Source: Eledone cirrhosa (taxonomy: Eukaryota). Taken from it: a stretch of 64,000 nucleotides of DNA. Location: the NCBI GenBank assembly GCA_964016885.1, contig OZ024740.1:148242001-148306000 (forward strand), in the 5' to 3' direction. Below the pieces are notes generated by a model. That model searched no databases, had not been told where the DNA came from, and saw only the letters and a list, made by a program, of their open reading frames with translations. Positions 12,188 to 23,631 of this stretch are shown here, piece by piece. The stretch's first letter is position 1. Every line of letters begins with the position of its first letter. The position numbers and the translations under genes were made by a program.

Positions 12188-13804
12188 AACAAAGTCAATC
12201 TGTAAACGCAGAACTGGATATTTCAAAAAACGTTGCAACCGGAGGAAGACAGGAAGACGATACTTTGGTTCGTGGTAACGTTCGCTGGCAAAGAACGGGA
12301 AAAAACGAATAATACGTCATTAATAGGAGCGGTGAAAAACAATTACGCGCAAAGACAGAACCACGTTTATGGTATAAAAGAGGTCGTAGACTAATGTTCT
12401 CTTAGGTGGTGCATAGAGGCGTTCTCTGGCAATGAACGAAAAAACGAAGATAATAAGTCATATGTGGAGCGTGGAGAACAATAGCACGCAAAGACAAAAC
12501 CACGTAAATGGTATAGCAGAAGTTGTAGACTAAAATTCTAACTAGGAGATCAAATGAATCTCCGCTACAGAGTTAAGAACAAAGTAAATAAATACAATAC
12601 AGAAGTAATAGAAACAAATAAATACATACACGCAAACAGATACGTACATACACAAGCATACGCAAAACCTTACCATAGGTATACAAAACCACGCACATAT
12701 AAATATGTGTGTGTGTGTATGCTTGTGTACAAATAAATAAATAATTATATAAGCGTATATAAGTAAATAAATACGTATATAACAAGCTCACACACATACC
12801 TACAAATAAATACACGAGTGTTCGGAGACGTAAGTCAACTAAAACAAGAAGTACACATATACACACACCCACCATACGTACGAACCTGCATACTCACGCA
12901 GACGCAAAACTCCCGTATACACATAGCCAAACCCTAAATACCAGAATATGTAAAAATTATACGCCATAACAGTCAAATATGCGTACGAAAAGGTATACAT
13001 ACCTTCACAAAACATACGGGTAATATATACTTACCTATGCAAATAAGTAAAGGAATAAACAAAACATATACTTAGCTCCCACATCAAGACGTAAAATATC
13101 CACGTATAGATCGTGCTATCCGTTAGGGTATAACGTCGGGCTGTAATACAGGAAAGTTTTGTGCAATTTATGTTTACAAGCCGAAATTGCCTCAGATTTT
13201 TTGTTTAAGATGTGGTCTGTGGCGTAGAGTATTTCCAGGGCCTCAGCGGCGCTGGGGCACATGGTCTTTTATTTCCGTTATACGATCTAGCCCTAGCTAG
13301 GATCTCCCAGTGTAACTTATATTGGGTGTGGTTGTCTTTTAGACTCCAGATATAAGCTGAAAGTGACGTCATATTCCTTCTTAGAGGGTAACGAATGTAT
13401 TTATTTACTTTGTTCTTAACTCTGTAGCGGAGATTCATTTGGTATCCTAGTTAGAAGTTTAGTCTACAACTTCTGCTATACCATTTACGTGGTTTTGTCT
13501 TTGCGTGCTATTGTTCTCCACGCTCCACATATGACTTATTATCTTCGTTTTTTCGTTCATTGCCAGAGAACGCCTCTATGCACCACCTAAGAGAACATTA
13601 GTCTACGACCTCTTTTATACCATAAACGTGGTTCTGTCTTTGCGCGTAATTGTTTTTCACCGCTCCTATTAATGACGTATTATTCGTTTTTTCCCGTTCT
13701 TTGCCAGCGAACGTTACCACGAACCAAAGTATCGTCTTCCTGTCTTCCTCCGGTTGCAACGTTTTTTGAAATATCCAGTTCTGCGTTTACAGATTGACTT
13801 TGTT

Positions 13805-13855
13805 AGTTTCAGAAGATCCCGTTAAGGGTGAAAGCAGCGATTCTTTGCTTAAACT
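13805..13855 (+). ncRNA. Family Z HHR variant
   Basis: Same fold as 12137-12187. Confidence 0.68.
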
Positions 13856-13961
13856 TTAATCTGTTATTTTAATAAATATTTGCTCTACGGTTCTTATATA
13901 TTTGATATATATTTTCCTTATCGAGCCCTCTTTGGATTTTAGTCTTCAATTTTATTATTAT

Positions 13962-14022
<61 letters not shown>

Positions 14023-14389
14023 TATATAAAAATAATGCTCAACCAATAATGCACCTTACTATATAATTATATATATATAATTATATATTCGTGTACAGAT
14101 ATTTATGCATACACAATAACAAAATATAAACAAACGTATTTATTTCACGAGGCTCGATACATATAAAATGTATTAATGTATTGAACCTTGGTGATTATCA
14201 TTTTTTTCGTTTATATACGTTCTGTGATTCTGTAATACTACGATGACTGGAAATGTATAAATTGGATTTAACTCTGAACTGTCTTTCGGCAATCTTGATG
14301 TGGATAAAATTACATTAGAACTTTAAATACCTGAATTTCTTATACAGTTGTATCAACAACTCATATAATCTAAATTATGTATATATATA

Positions 14390-14930
14390 TATGAAAAACA
14401 AGGGGAGAAGAATACTGCATGGTTGCACATGGATTACATATTATAAAATTAGTCCCTCATCAGTGATTTGCCAACCATCATTGGTATTTCATAGCATTAA
14501 AAATCAGATACCTCAGGTTGGTGCGAGCAATAACTAAAATAAGCTAATGGGACAAGTGAAACGCGTAAAGCGAGTGAGACAAGTAAACAACAGAAGGAAA
14601 AGCAAACCGAACGTTGGAAAACAGCAAGCCACATGGTAGTTATCCGATCAGCATAAGCTGGGTGAATTTCATGAGCGGTCAGAGAAGCAGACCGTACGCC
14701 GTGAATGCGGTGTGATAAAGAAGGAACCCCACTACCAGCGAACGGGAGGAAGTGAGAAGGGGAGAAACAGAGAGTGAGTGAGTGGAAGTGCGAGGAAGAG
14801 GTCAGTCGAGAGAAAGTGTAACTGACAGAGGGGGCGAAAGAAGGTAAGAGAAACAGAGAGAACGGGGGAGTAGTAAGAGAGAAAGAGAGAAACAGATAAT
14901 AGCAGTTTAGGTAAATATATATGAAAAACA
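14390..14930 (-). mobile_element. Repeat family W (probable PLE 3' region)
   Basis: Homologous to 27061-27552 (TCATCAGTGA...CCTCAGGTTGGTGCGA). Flanked by (TA)n. Confidence 0.55.
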
Positions 14931-15013
14931 TGAAGTTTCAAATCAACATATCATATGTTGATTTAAAACTGCACTATTCACAAGTGTTTTTTAACCTTCA
15001 TATCATGTCTCCC

Positions 15014-15084
15014 TATTTTATCTGATGAAAACGAAAATGTCATCGCATGATGATATTTGTTTTTGAAATGCGCATAATAAAATA
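15014..15084 (+). ncRNA. Type I hammerhead ribozyme with extended stem II
   Basis: TATTTTAT-CTGATGA-[AAAC..AATGTCATC/GATGATATT..GTTT]-GAAA-TGCGCA-TA-ATAAAATA. Perfect 8-bp stem I and palindromic loop III. Confidence 0.85.
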
Positions 15085-15254
15085 CATGGAACTCTTTTAA
15101 CCATCTTTTGATCTTATATATTATTTATACTCCAGTCCTACAAATAGTAGAGTGCTACTTATCCGATATCTGCTTTGCTTTATTGTACTACAATAAAACT
15201 CACCTACTACATATATATATACATATATATATATATCGTTCGATATGTCCAGCT

Positions 15255-15372
15255 ATTTAAACGTATGTTATTACTCTAAAGCCCGACCTTATTGAGTGTT
15301 TTGCTGCTCATTCTTAATTGTAGGTCGTTAGCTTGGCCACAGCCAAAGCTTCGATTTTACTAAGCTTCCACT

Positions 15373-15375
<3 letters not shown>
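15255..15375 (+). repeat. Tail segment shared with 27640-27765
   Basis: TTATTACTCT..CCTTATTGAGTG..GCCAAAGCTTCGATTTTACTAAGCTTCCACTTG(TA)n in both copies. Confidence 0.8.
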
Positions 15376-15432
<57 letters not shown>

Positions 15433-15516
15433 GAAAAATTGAACAGGGACAGAACAGAGAGGCAGTACGACAAATGTTTATTAAATTCACGCTCAGGAGA
15501 GTGGGGGGTAGGTGGA

Positions 15517-15552
15517 GGACGACGTTTCGGGCATAAGCCCTTCTTCAGGTGA
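15517..15552 (-). ncRNA. Minimal type I HHR
   Basis: CTGAAGA-A-GGGC(TTAT)GCCC-GAAA-CG-TC. Stem I is weak. Confidence 0.7.
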
Positions 15553-15684
15553 GAGTTCAAAAGGTGTGTAGTGGAGTGGTGGAGAGACATATAGCGAAAG
15601 GAGGTAATGCGTGGAAGGAAAGACAAAGTGTGGGAAGGTGTGTAAAGTTCGGAGAAAGGTCACGGCGGATTATATATATATATA

Positions 15685-15877
15685 TAACAAAGGAAGTGTG
15701 GTAAGGAACCAGGTGGACCATAACGCACCAGAGTATTCGATACTTACGGTAGGAGAGTGAGTAATAGGAACATTGTCAGGACCCCGACGGCTGAGCTCCG
15801 GCCGTTTCGACCGCTAGATCCGAACTCTAGCTGTCGAAACGGCCGGAGCTCAGTCGTCGGGGCCATGACACTTTTCC

Positions 15878-15880
<3 letters not shown>
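15685..15880. mobile_element. Family X fold-back element
   Basis: Tail followed by palindrome 15783-15862. Confidence 0.8.
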
Positions 15881-15975
<95 letters not shown>

Positions 15976-16131
15976 AGTGAGTGTGTGTGAGTGTGTGCAT
16001 GTGTGTATGTGTAAACATTCCAGAAAATATGAATTACCCAGTAAGTTAAAAAAAAATATGCCCCTTTAATTGATTTTCGGATCTAATTGGACCTTTAATA
16101 AAAAAAATGTGCTAGTGAGTGCACTTCTTCA

Positions 16132-16185
<54 letters not shown>

Positions 16186-16482
16186 GTCCGGCATTGGCAT
16201 ACTTAGGGAAGGACGGATACACTGGTTTTTACTTGACTCTCATTTCTGGCAACAGGCATTTTTCAGTCACTTGCCAGCAACAGCTTCCGCTGCCAGGACA
16301 AATTTAATAAGGGATTGGACGCTTTGGGAGGAGATGGGTACCGCCAAGCATGTCCAGCGGCTAGAAAAATACTATGGACACACAGTCAAACACCTTTGAT
16401 TCCATCCATGACCATCACCTTTTCTGTATATATTAAAGTATATTGCTTAATGTGCCCACTTTTCTTTCTTTTGCTAGATTCG

Positions 16483-16606
16483 AAGTCGAATTGTATTCTA
16501 TTTGTAACAAGTCGAGTAACATAAGTCGAGTTGTATTCTATTTGTAACAAGTCGAGTAACATAAGTCGAATTGTATTCTATTTGTAATAAGTCGAGTAAC
16601 ATAAGT
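16483..16606. repeat. 40-bp tandem repeat x3
   Basis: Unit AAGTCGAATTGTATTCTATTTGTAACAAGTCGAGTAACAT. Confidence 0.9.
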
Positions 16607-16816
16607 GAAACGGTTTCAATTAAGAATCGAAATTAAGTCTGAGACACGATCATCCGAAAGTCGTAGCACTGCAGTATGCTCTTCCTCTCCGTAACAACAA
16701 CAGTAGCAACAACAACAACAAAATTATCAGCAGCCTATTTGTGTAAAACAGTAAAACGAACACAATTCTCTTTGTACTGACAATTGTCCTTATCTTTATA
16801 ACTTCCACATCATCAT

Positions 16817-16863
<47 letters not shown>

Positions 16864-16960
16864 GCATCTTTGTCGTCGTCGTCGTCATCATTCTCAGTCT
16901 TCTTCTTCTTCTTCTTCTTCTTCTTCTTCTTCTTCTTCTTCTTCTTCTTCTTCTTCTTCT
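16817..16960. repeat. Compound trinucleotide microsatellite (ACC/CAT/GTC/TCT)
   Basis: Directly visible runs. Confidence 0.9.
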
Positions 16961-17707
16961 CTGCCTTCTTCTCACACTTCCCCTTCTCTACCCTCACCAC
17001 CGTTTCATTTGCTACTGTAAACTTTGTTATATTGAGATTAGCAACAAGTTGACGGACAGAAGCAAGATTCCCTGATAAATAAATAGAAACAACGAACGAA
17101 CTGATATAGAAATAAAATATCCACGCCTGTTAATTTTTTCCACTTCAACCAACAACCTCACTTCTTTATCCTTTACCTTTTCACCTCCATCTTTCAATAT
17201 TTCTCTTTCCGAAGCATGTCACACACGTTCCACCCTTCTCGTTACCGTAATCACGACAGGTTAGAGTCTTTACATCGGAGCGGATGATCTATAGCATGTG
17301 TGAAGCATTACTACCCTGCTCCCAAGACCTCCTACCAAGCAAAGGTGTCATGCCACACCCACATTCCGCCTCCGGTTTCTTAACGGGTAATGGAGGTGGA
17401 CGAGGAATAAAATAAACAATATCCTTACTGTATTGTAACAAGAACAATTTCCCTCTCACAACATCTCCAACCGTTGGCCACACACTCGAATGTCACCATC
17501 ATTTATGTTTCCATCTACACCAAGATTTACTCCAACACAATTGCTACTACGACCACTAGCATCACCAAGACTAGCTAGAAATGGGAATTAAATCACTTTC
17601 AAATCACAGACTAGAGTGAAATATTGGAAAATATGCATCATGGCTGAAAGATGTTCACGGATGTAACGGCGTTGATAAAAGCTCTGCAGATTAGAGTTGA
17701 ATTAGGT

Positions 17708-17767
<60 letters not shown>

Positions 17768-18427
17768 TAATATCATTAGCCTTCATCAGATACATAAAAA
17801 ATTCATATATATACATTAGGGTCATAATACTGAAAAAGATAACCCCGAACACCATAATGCTGAATCTTAAACTATCGAAAAAATGAGAACACAAACAGCT
17901 TGAAAGACTGAAACACAATATATTTCAGGGAAAATAATGATAAAAAATATTTTTAATAAAAGGCTTTTATATGTTGCTTTAAAAGAAGAATTTGTTAAAC
18001 CAATTCATTTGCTTTAAAATATATAAATAGATGTCGATAACATATATGGAATATGTAACTCTATATCTATTAACATTCTTTAGAGACAAAATAATATAAA
18101 AACCGTTCTTAAAAAAAAACATTTATTTTTGGTTTCAAATTGGAGTCTGTTTAGATATTTAAAAGTTACACTTTCGATATTCTTCATCTACATATATTAA
18201 CAGATTAAAAGTAATGTGTTTGGCATGTAACAGAGACCCCCCCCCCCATCTGTTTAAAATGATGAATAAATGTCTTTTAAGAAAACATTATTATTATTAT
18301 TGTCCCCCGAAATATATTTTCCGGCACTTGACTTTTAGTTTTCCAAGTTCACGATGTTCTCATTTTTCAATATTTTAAGGGTTTAGATCGATATCAAGTG
18401 ATTATATATATATATATATATATATAA

Positions 18428-18609
18428 ATATTGTTTATACTTTTGGCACAAGGCCAGCAATTACCCAGTACATTACTGGTACTTTATTTTATCGACCCCC
18501 GTAAGGATGAAAGGCAAAGTTAACCTCGGCGGGATTTGAACTCAGTCTGCAAAGGGACGTAACTATGCTAGAAAGCATGGCGTCCGACTCTCTACCGATA
18601 CTGCCAATA
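18428..18609 (-). mobile_element. SINE S1
   Basis: Homologous to the other S1 copies. Confidence 0.9.
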
Positions 18610-18611
18610 CT

Positions 18612-18830
18612 TTATAACACGTTGTTCCAGTTCACTTAGCTGTTGCGATGTCACTGGGGCGAAGTTGTATCGGCCTTTTCCTTTGGCAACATCGGTGGCA
18701 GGGAGAGAGGCGGTTAGCATACATGGGCGACTGCTGGTCTTTCACAAACACACCTTGCCCAGGCTTGTGCCCCAGGCGAAAATGTCCCAGTCACATAATC
18801 ATGGTCATTCGTGACTGAACTGGGCCTACG
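18612..18830 (+). mobile_element. SINE S2 3' part
   Basis: Shares GGCGACTGCTGGTCTT..ACCTTGCCC..GTCATTCGTGAC with 1664-1895. Confidence 0.7.
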
Positions 18831-18921
<91 letters not shown>

Positions 18922-18922
<1 letters not shown>

Positions 18923-19610
18923 GGACCATAACGCACCAGAGTACTCAATACTTAGGGTAGTAGAGTGGGTAATAGGAGAAAGTATGACCCCGACGGCAGA
19001 GCTCAAGCCGTTTCGACGGCTATTTCTGGACTAAAGTAAGAGTTTCTTTAGAGTCTGGTAAATAAATAGCCGAACTTTTCAAGGGTTCTTCCTTATATGG
19101 TAAGATTGTAGTTGTCAAAAGGGTTGGTGAACATTTTTAGCAGACACAGACAAGTCTATCATGGGAGTGGGTGCGGGGTGGGGGTGGCTAAACTTGCCTG
19201 TAGAACGATAGGGGAGTGGGTAGAGCCGGTCAAGCGTTGAAGGTGAAATATACACGGCCAATTCTAATGAATGTGTATGAAAGTAGGCCAGAGGAAGTAG
19301 GCGAAAAAAGGTTTCCTTAGAATCTGCCGTGTATATTTCACATTCAACGCTTGACCGGCTCTACCCACTCCTCTATTGTTCTACAGGCAAGTTCAGCCAC
19401 CCCCACCCCGCACCCACTACCATGATAGACTTTTCTGTGTCTGTTACAAATTTTGACCAATCCTCTTGACACCTATAATCTTCCCATATAAGGAAGTACT
19501 CTTGAAAAGTTCGGCTACTTATTTACCAGACTAAAAAAATCTCTTACTTTAGTCCAAAAATAGCCGTCGAAACGGCTTAAGCTCTGCCGTCGAGGTCATA
19601 CTTTCTCCTA
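18922..19610. mobile_element. Family X' long fold-back element
   Basis: Arms ~18973-19258 and ~19326-19610 (about 90% identical by eye), ~67-bp spacer, tail 18922-18972, (TA)n on both sides. Confidence 0.85.
19498..19582 (+). ncRNA. HHR-like motif, U3-A8 core with long stem II (mirror copy at ~19001-19086, minus)
   Basis: CTC-TTGAAAA-GTTCGGCTA...TAGCCGTC-GAAA-CGGC-TT-RAG. Stem III is imperfect. Confidence 0.5.
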
Positions 19611-19871
19611 TATATATATGTATATATATATATATATATATTGTTATACTTTGGGAGGGTCATGTTGGCAATAAACGAAATATATATATATTATATATAT
19701 ATATATATTTAAAAAAGAATAATTTTGGTCAATAAACATAATATCGATCATATCGTCTGGCAATTGCATGGGACAACAGGAATGCTACAAATAACTCCAT
19801 TTTACTATTGTACACACACACACATATGTTCACATGCATACGTACATAAAGACCCATAATTAGACACACAA

Positions 19872-19916
<45 letters not shown>

Positions 19917-19918
<2 letters not shown>

Positions 19919-20430
19919 TCTGTATACATATATTGGTAGATATACTAATTCTTTATAATTATCTTGAAATTATTTGTTGAGCAAAACTTGCCGAAATTAC
20001 TACTCCTCACTGATTAACCTCAGTGTCACGTGATTGATTCTTTTGAATTTGCCACTTGACCAAGTAGGCAGTGAATTTTTCAATGTCTTGGGATCTAGTC
20101 CCCGCTCGCTTTTTTCCATCCACTGAATTATTTTTATATAAGTTCCCAATGTCCTCGCATTGCCTGGAAGCTTAGCTGAGAATAGACTCCCTGATGACGT
20201 AAGGCTTCTCTATGGATACTCTTCGTAACCATATTTATCCCCTTACAGAAACTAATTAGTTGGAGTGAAATTTTAGTAAGTAAGTCAATTTTCATAACTT
20301 TCTTATTTACGTCTTTCATATAATTGTTCTGCATCCCCTTGCATAGAACCACAAAGTTACTAAGACAAAACATATATATTTGGTAACATAGGTATACATC
20401 TGTATACATATGTTGGTAGATATACTAATT

Positions 20431-20437
<7 letters not shown>
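19917..20437 (+). mobile_element. Family V non-coding element with ~40-bp terminal direct repeat
   Basis: CATCTGTATACATATRTTGGTAGATATACTAATTCTTTATA at both ends. Homologous in reverse to 50090-50857. Confidence 0.7.
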
Positions 20438-20471
<34 letters not shown>

Positions 20472-20473
<2 letters not shown>

Positions 20474-20755
20474 AAGATAATAATAAATGGAAACTATATT
20501 TATAAAACCATATTTATTTTCTTATATATATTTCAAGGGCGACCAAGCCAATGTTGGTGCGCTTTCATCAGATAAAATACCAAGATTGGCTTGGTCGCCC
20601 TTGAAATATATATAATAAAATAAATATGGTTTTATAAATAGAGTTTCCATTTATTATTTATTATCTTGGAATATTTACTCCAGTAACTTGTTGAGTGCTC
20701 TATATCAGTTATAAACATTTATGTTTGTCGGAATTCCATCAAATTAAATACAACT

Positions 20756-20757
<2 letters not shown>
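20472..20757. mobile_element. PLE-derived fold-back with tail
   Basis: Arms ~20472-20552 and ~20585-20668. The tail contains TTTACTCC and TTGAGTGCTC. Confidence 0.8.
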
Positions 20758-20808
<51 letters not shown>

Positions 20809-21045
20809 TATACTACCTATATATTTGTAGATATTTGTACTATTTTAAAATTCATTTTATATATTTGTAAGTATGACCCTATCAAATCCTCTAACAATTT
20901 CATTAGTTTTGTGTTCTCTTCAGCAACACATACTATACTCCAGGTTCTGTATATAAGGTATACGTTTAAACACCACTATATATATATATAAAGAATGAAT
21001 AATAACAGGTAGACATCATAAAGACCATTACTGCATCTAGGATAA

Positions 21046-21076
<31 letters not shown>

Positions 21077-21080
<4 letters not shown>

Positions 21081-21270
21081 TATTTTGGGAGGGTCATGTT
21101 GCCAATAAAAACACACGCACCTCCTGGTTTTCACTTCAATTTATTATAATTTTCCGGTTGGTTGGTTCGATAACCGGAAGGTTGTTTATATATTGTCAAA
21201 GCTCTTTCGTCACACATTCTGTGACCTCCGCAGTGAGTAGATTTTTATTTTGTGTGACTCTCCTTTTTTT
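21077..21270 (-). mobile_element. Family Y pLTR fragment with degenerate HHR
   Basis: Homologous to 46028-46270. Confidence 0.75.
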
Positions 21271-21597
21271 TCTGAGCGTATCGTTCTAGAGAATACAAGA
21301 GACTTTCTCATTTGTTAAAATCACAAATTTGACTTTCCAGTATTCAGTAAACAACATGAAATACATATATAAATGAACATTCATAACCAGCACCAATAGT
21401 TAAATGTCTTCCCAGTTTATTTTGTTGTATGAAATCCTACACTTTATTATAACAGAATTTCCTATTACTAGTAAGATTTTCATCTATGATCATATTGATG
21501 GGTACAGCATGTATGCATCCAATATACTCATCATTACAAAGCACATGTAAAAAATGAATTGCAGTAATGCTCTCATTCTCTCCCCAATCTCTCTCTG

Positions 21598-21641
<44 letters not shown>

Positions 21642-22089
21642 ACACACACACACACAACACAAATACTCACCCCCCTCACGCGCACACACACACACACATA
21701 TAGGGAAATTAATCATACAGATTTGAAGATGCACCTAATGATTTTGATATACATGCATGTTTACAGTACACAACGAAAAGAAACTAGTTCATACAAAATA
21801 AACGATTAAAAAATATATAAAGGTAGGTTTTCAGAAATAGTCATGATAAGGTAAATAGTTATTGCACTAAATTGTTTCGCTCTGAGTAGTTTTTCAGTCT
21901 CATTTTGATTTGTGTTGGTGTTAGATACTTTTTGCTCACACGGCGCTATATGCCGTATTGAATTATATCTTCCGTGTGTTGTTTGCCGCTTAAGTTTTGT
22001 CTAATGGAGGGGGCGGGGGCAATTGGTTTATATTCGTTATCGCTTATGACAAAGAAAATGCAATGCAAACCATTAAAAAGGTTCACTGT

Positions 22090-23040
22090 ACCCATCGATT
22101 AACATTGATTTTGCTGTGGAAAAATGTGTGGAGATGATCATTGAGAGTGCGGTGGAGTTCTGCGACGTCGACACAGACGAACTGGGCCTCCTACTTAGAC
22201 TTACCTACGACACTGACTACCTAGACAGCCGTGACTTTAGACGTTTCTGCCCCAGTAGACCCATAAGAGGTAGACCCCCACCATAACCTCAATGGCAAAA
22301 AAGACTCCCATGGGAAGGTGCTTTGGGTGGACCAAAGCTATACGGACCCCCCAAAACAATGATCAGGTAAGAAAAATGGTCGCACATGCAATAGGGGCTA
22401 GTATCAAAACTACCCTAAAGGGCTACATATTCAAATTCAACGAGAAGATCTACACCCAAAATGAGGGAGCAGCTATCGGCGTCAGCATAGCTGGTGACGT
22501 TGCCAACCTTTTTATGGTATGGTGGGAAAGGAGACTCAAAGATCTCCTTGATGAGAGCTCCATAGACCTCATCATGTACTCTCGTTACGTAGACGACACC
22601 AATATAGTAATAAGGACATCCCCACAAGAGAGTACTAACAAGTTTGATTTAGAACGTAGCACAATGGAAAGCATCCAGCAGATAGCTAATTCCATACACC
22701 AGAGTATAACTGTAACTATCGACTACCCTTCCAAACACCCTAACAATAGACTACCCGTATTAGACACGGAACTCTGGATTAACACTATAGACGAGAGAGC
22801 CCAAATTCTCCACTCACATTATTCTAAACTCATGGCCTCCAAATAACTGATACTAAAAAACTCAGCAATGTCCAGTAGTGCTAAGTTTAATATTATGATC
22901 GCAGACTTGGTACGAGTGATGAAGAACGTGTCCCGCATGTGCGACCCAACAGAAATGGAAAGACACATTCAAAACTTCATCAACCGCATGCAGTTCTCTG
23001 GCTACAACCAAAGAGACAGAATCAGAGTATACGAAGGAGC
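22090..23040 (+). pseudogene. Penelope-like reverse transcriptase fragment
   Basis: FKFNEKIYTQNEGAAIG, ANLFM, YSRYVDD, LPVLD, HYSK and MQFSGY motifs. One frameshift and one in-frame TAA (22844-22846). Confidence 0.88.
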
Positions 23041-23289
23041 CACATATCTGTACACCTACAGACATACATACAAACACATCTGAAATCGCATATATTCAAG
23101 CATATACATTCGGTGGAGAATTAATGAAATGTTAGTGTACCTCTGAGGGTCTTTCTTCTCTTCAACGATTGAAAGTTTGAAAGTGCGGATGTCATATACA
23201 CACATACATACATACATACATACATACATACATACATACATACATACATACATACATACATACATACTTACATACATATATATATATAT

Positions 23290-23616
23290 ATCCGAAATAA
23301 ATTAAATTAAATTAAATTAAGGGAGTCATGTCCGAGACATGCGCCGTATCCACCGTAGAATAAGCTCAAAGATTTCAATGAATAGATCCGAGCAATTTTA
23401 TATCAACTAGAAATTGATTGACATATATATATATATTTAAAATAAACACATGAAACAATCACAGGGGATAATTTGTAAAGTGTGTAATCACACATAACTA
23501 GGTAGCTCACTAATTAAAGTTTAACTAGAGCTTCAAATATTACCTTTTAAAAAATGATTGTTTCATGTGTTTATTTTAAATATATATATATGTGTCAATC
23601 AATTTCTAGTTGATAT
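23290..23616. mobile_element. Fold-back element with left-side tail
   Basis: Arms ~23400-23460 and ~23556-23616. Confidence 0.7.
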
Positions 23617-23631
23617 ATATATACATATATA

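Larger units (their letters stand above)
12116..13965 (-). mobile_element. Penelope-like element family Z: 5'-truncated body plus inverted 3' copy with tail
   Basis: GIY-YIG C-terminal remnant ~13150-13395 on the minus strand (TSLSAYIWSLKD..WEIL..LNKKSEAISACKH). Near-identical inverted arms ~12116-12593 and ~13396-13878, tail 13879-13965, (TA)n on both sides. Confidence 0.88.

Noticed and set aside
16483-16606. CRISPR-like appearance of the 40-bp repeats (and the 34-bp repeats at 51327)
   Set aside because: Head-to-tail units with no unique spacers, no cas genes, and a eukaryotic context.
16650-17000. Poly-K/poly-D protein ORF
   Set aside because: Trinucleotide microsatellite translation.
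17150-17640. Possible host coding exon
   Set aside because: Stops in the frames examined and no recognisable motif.
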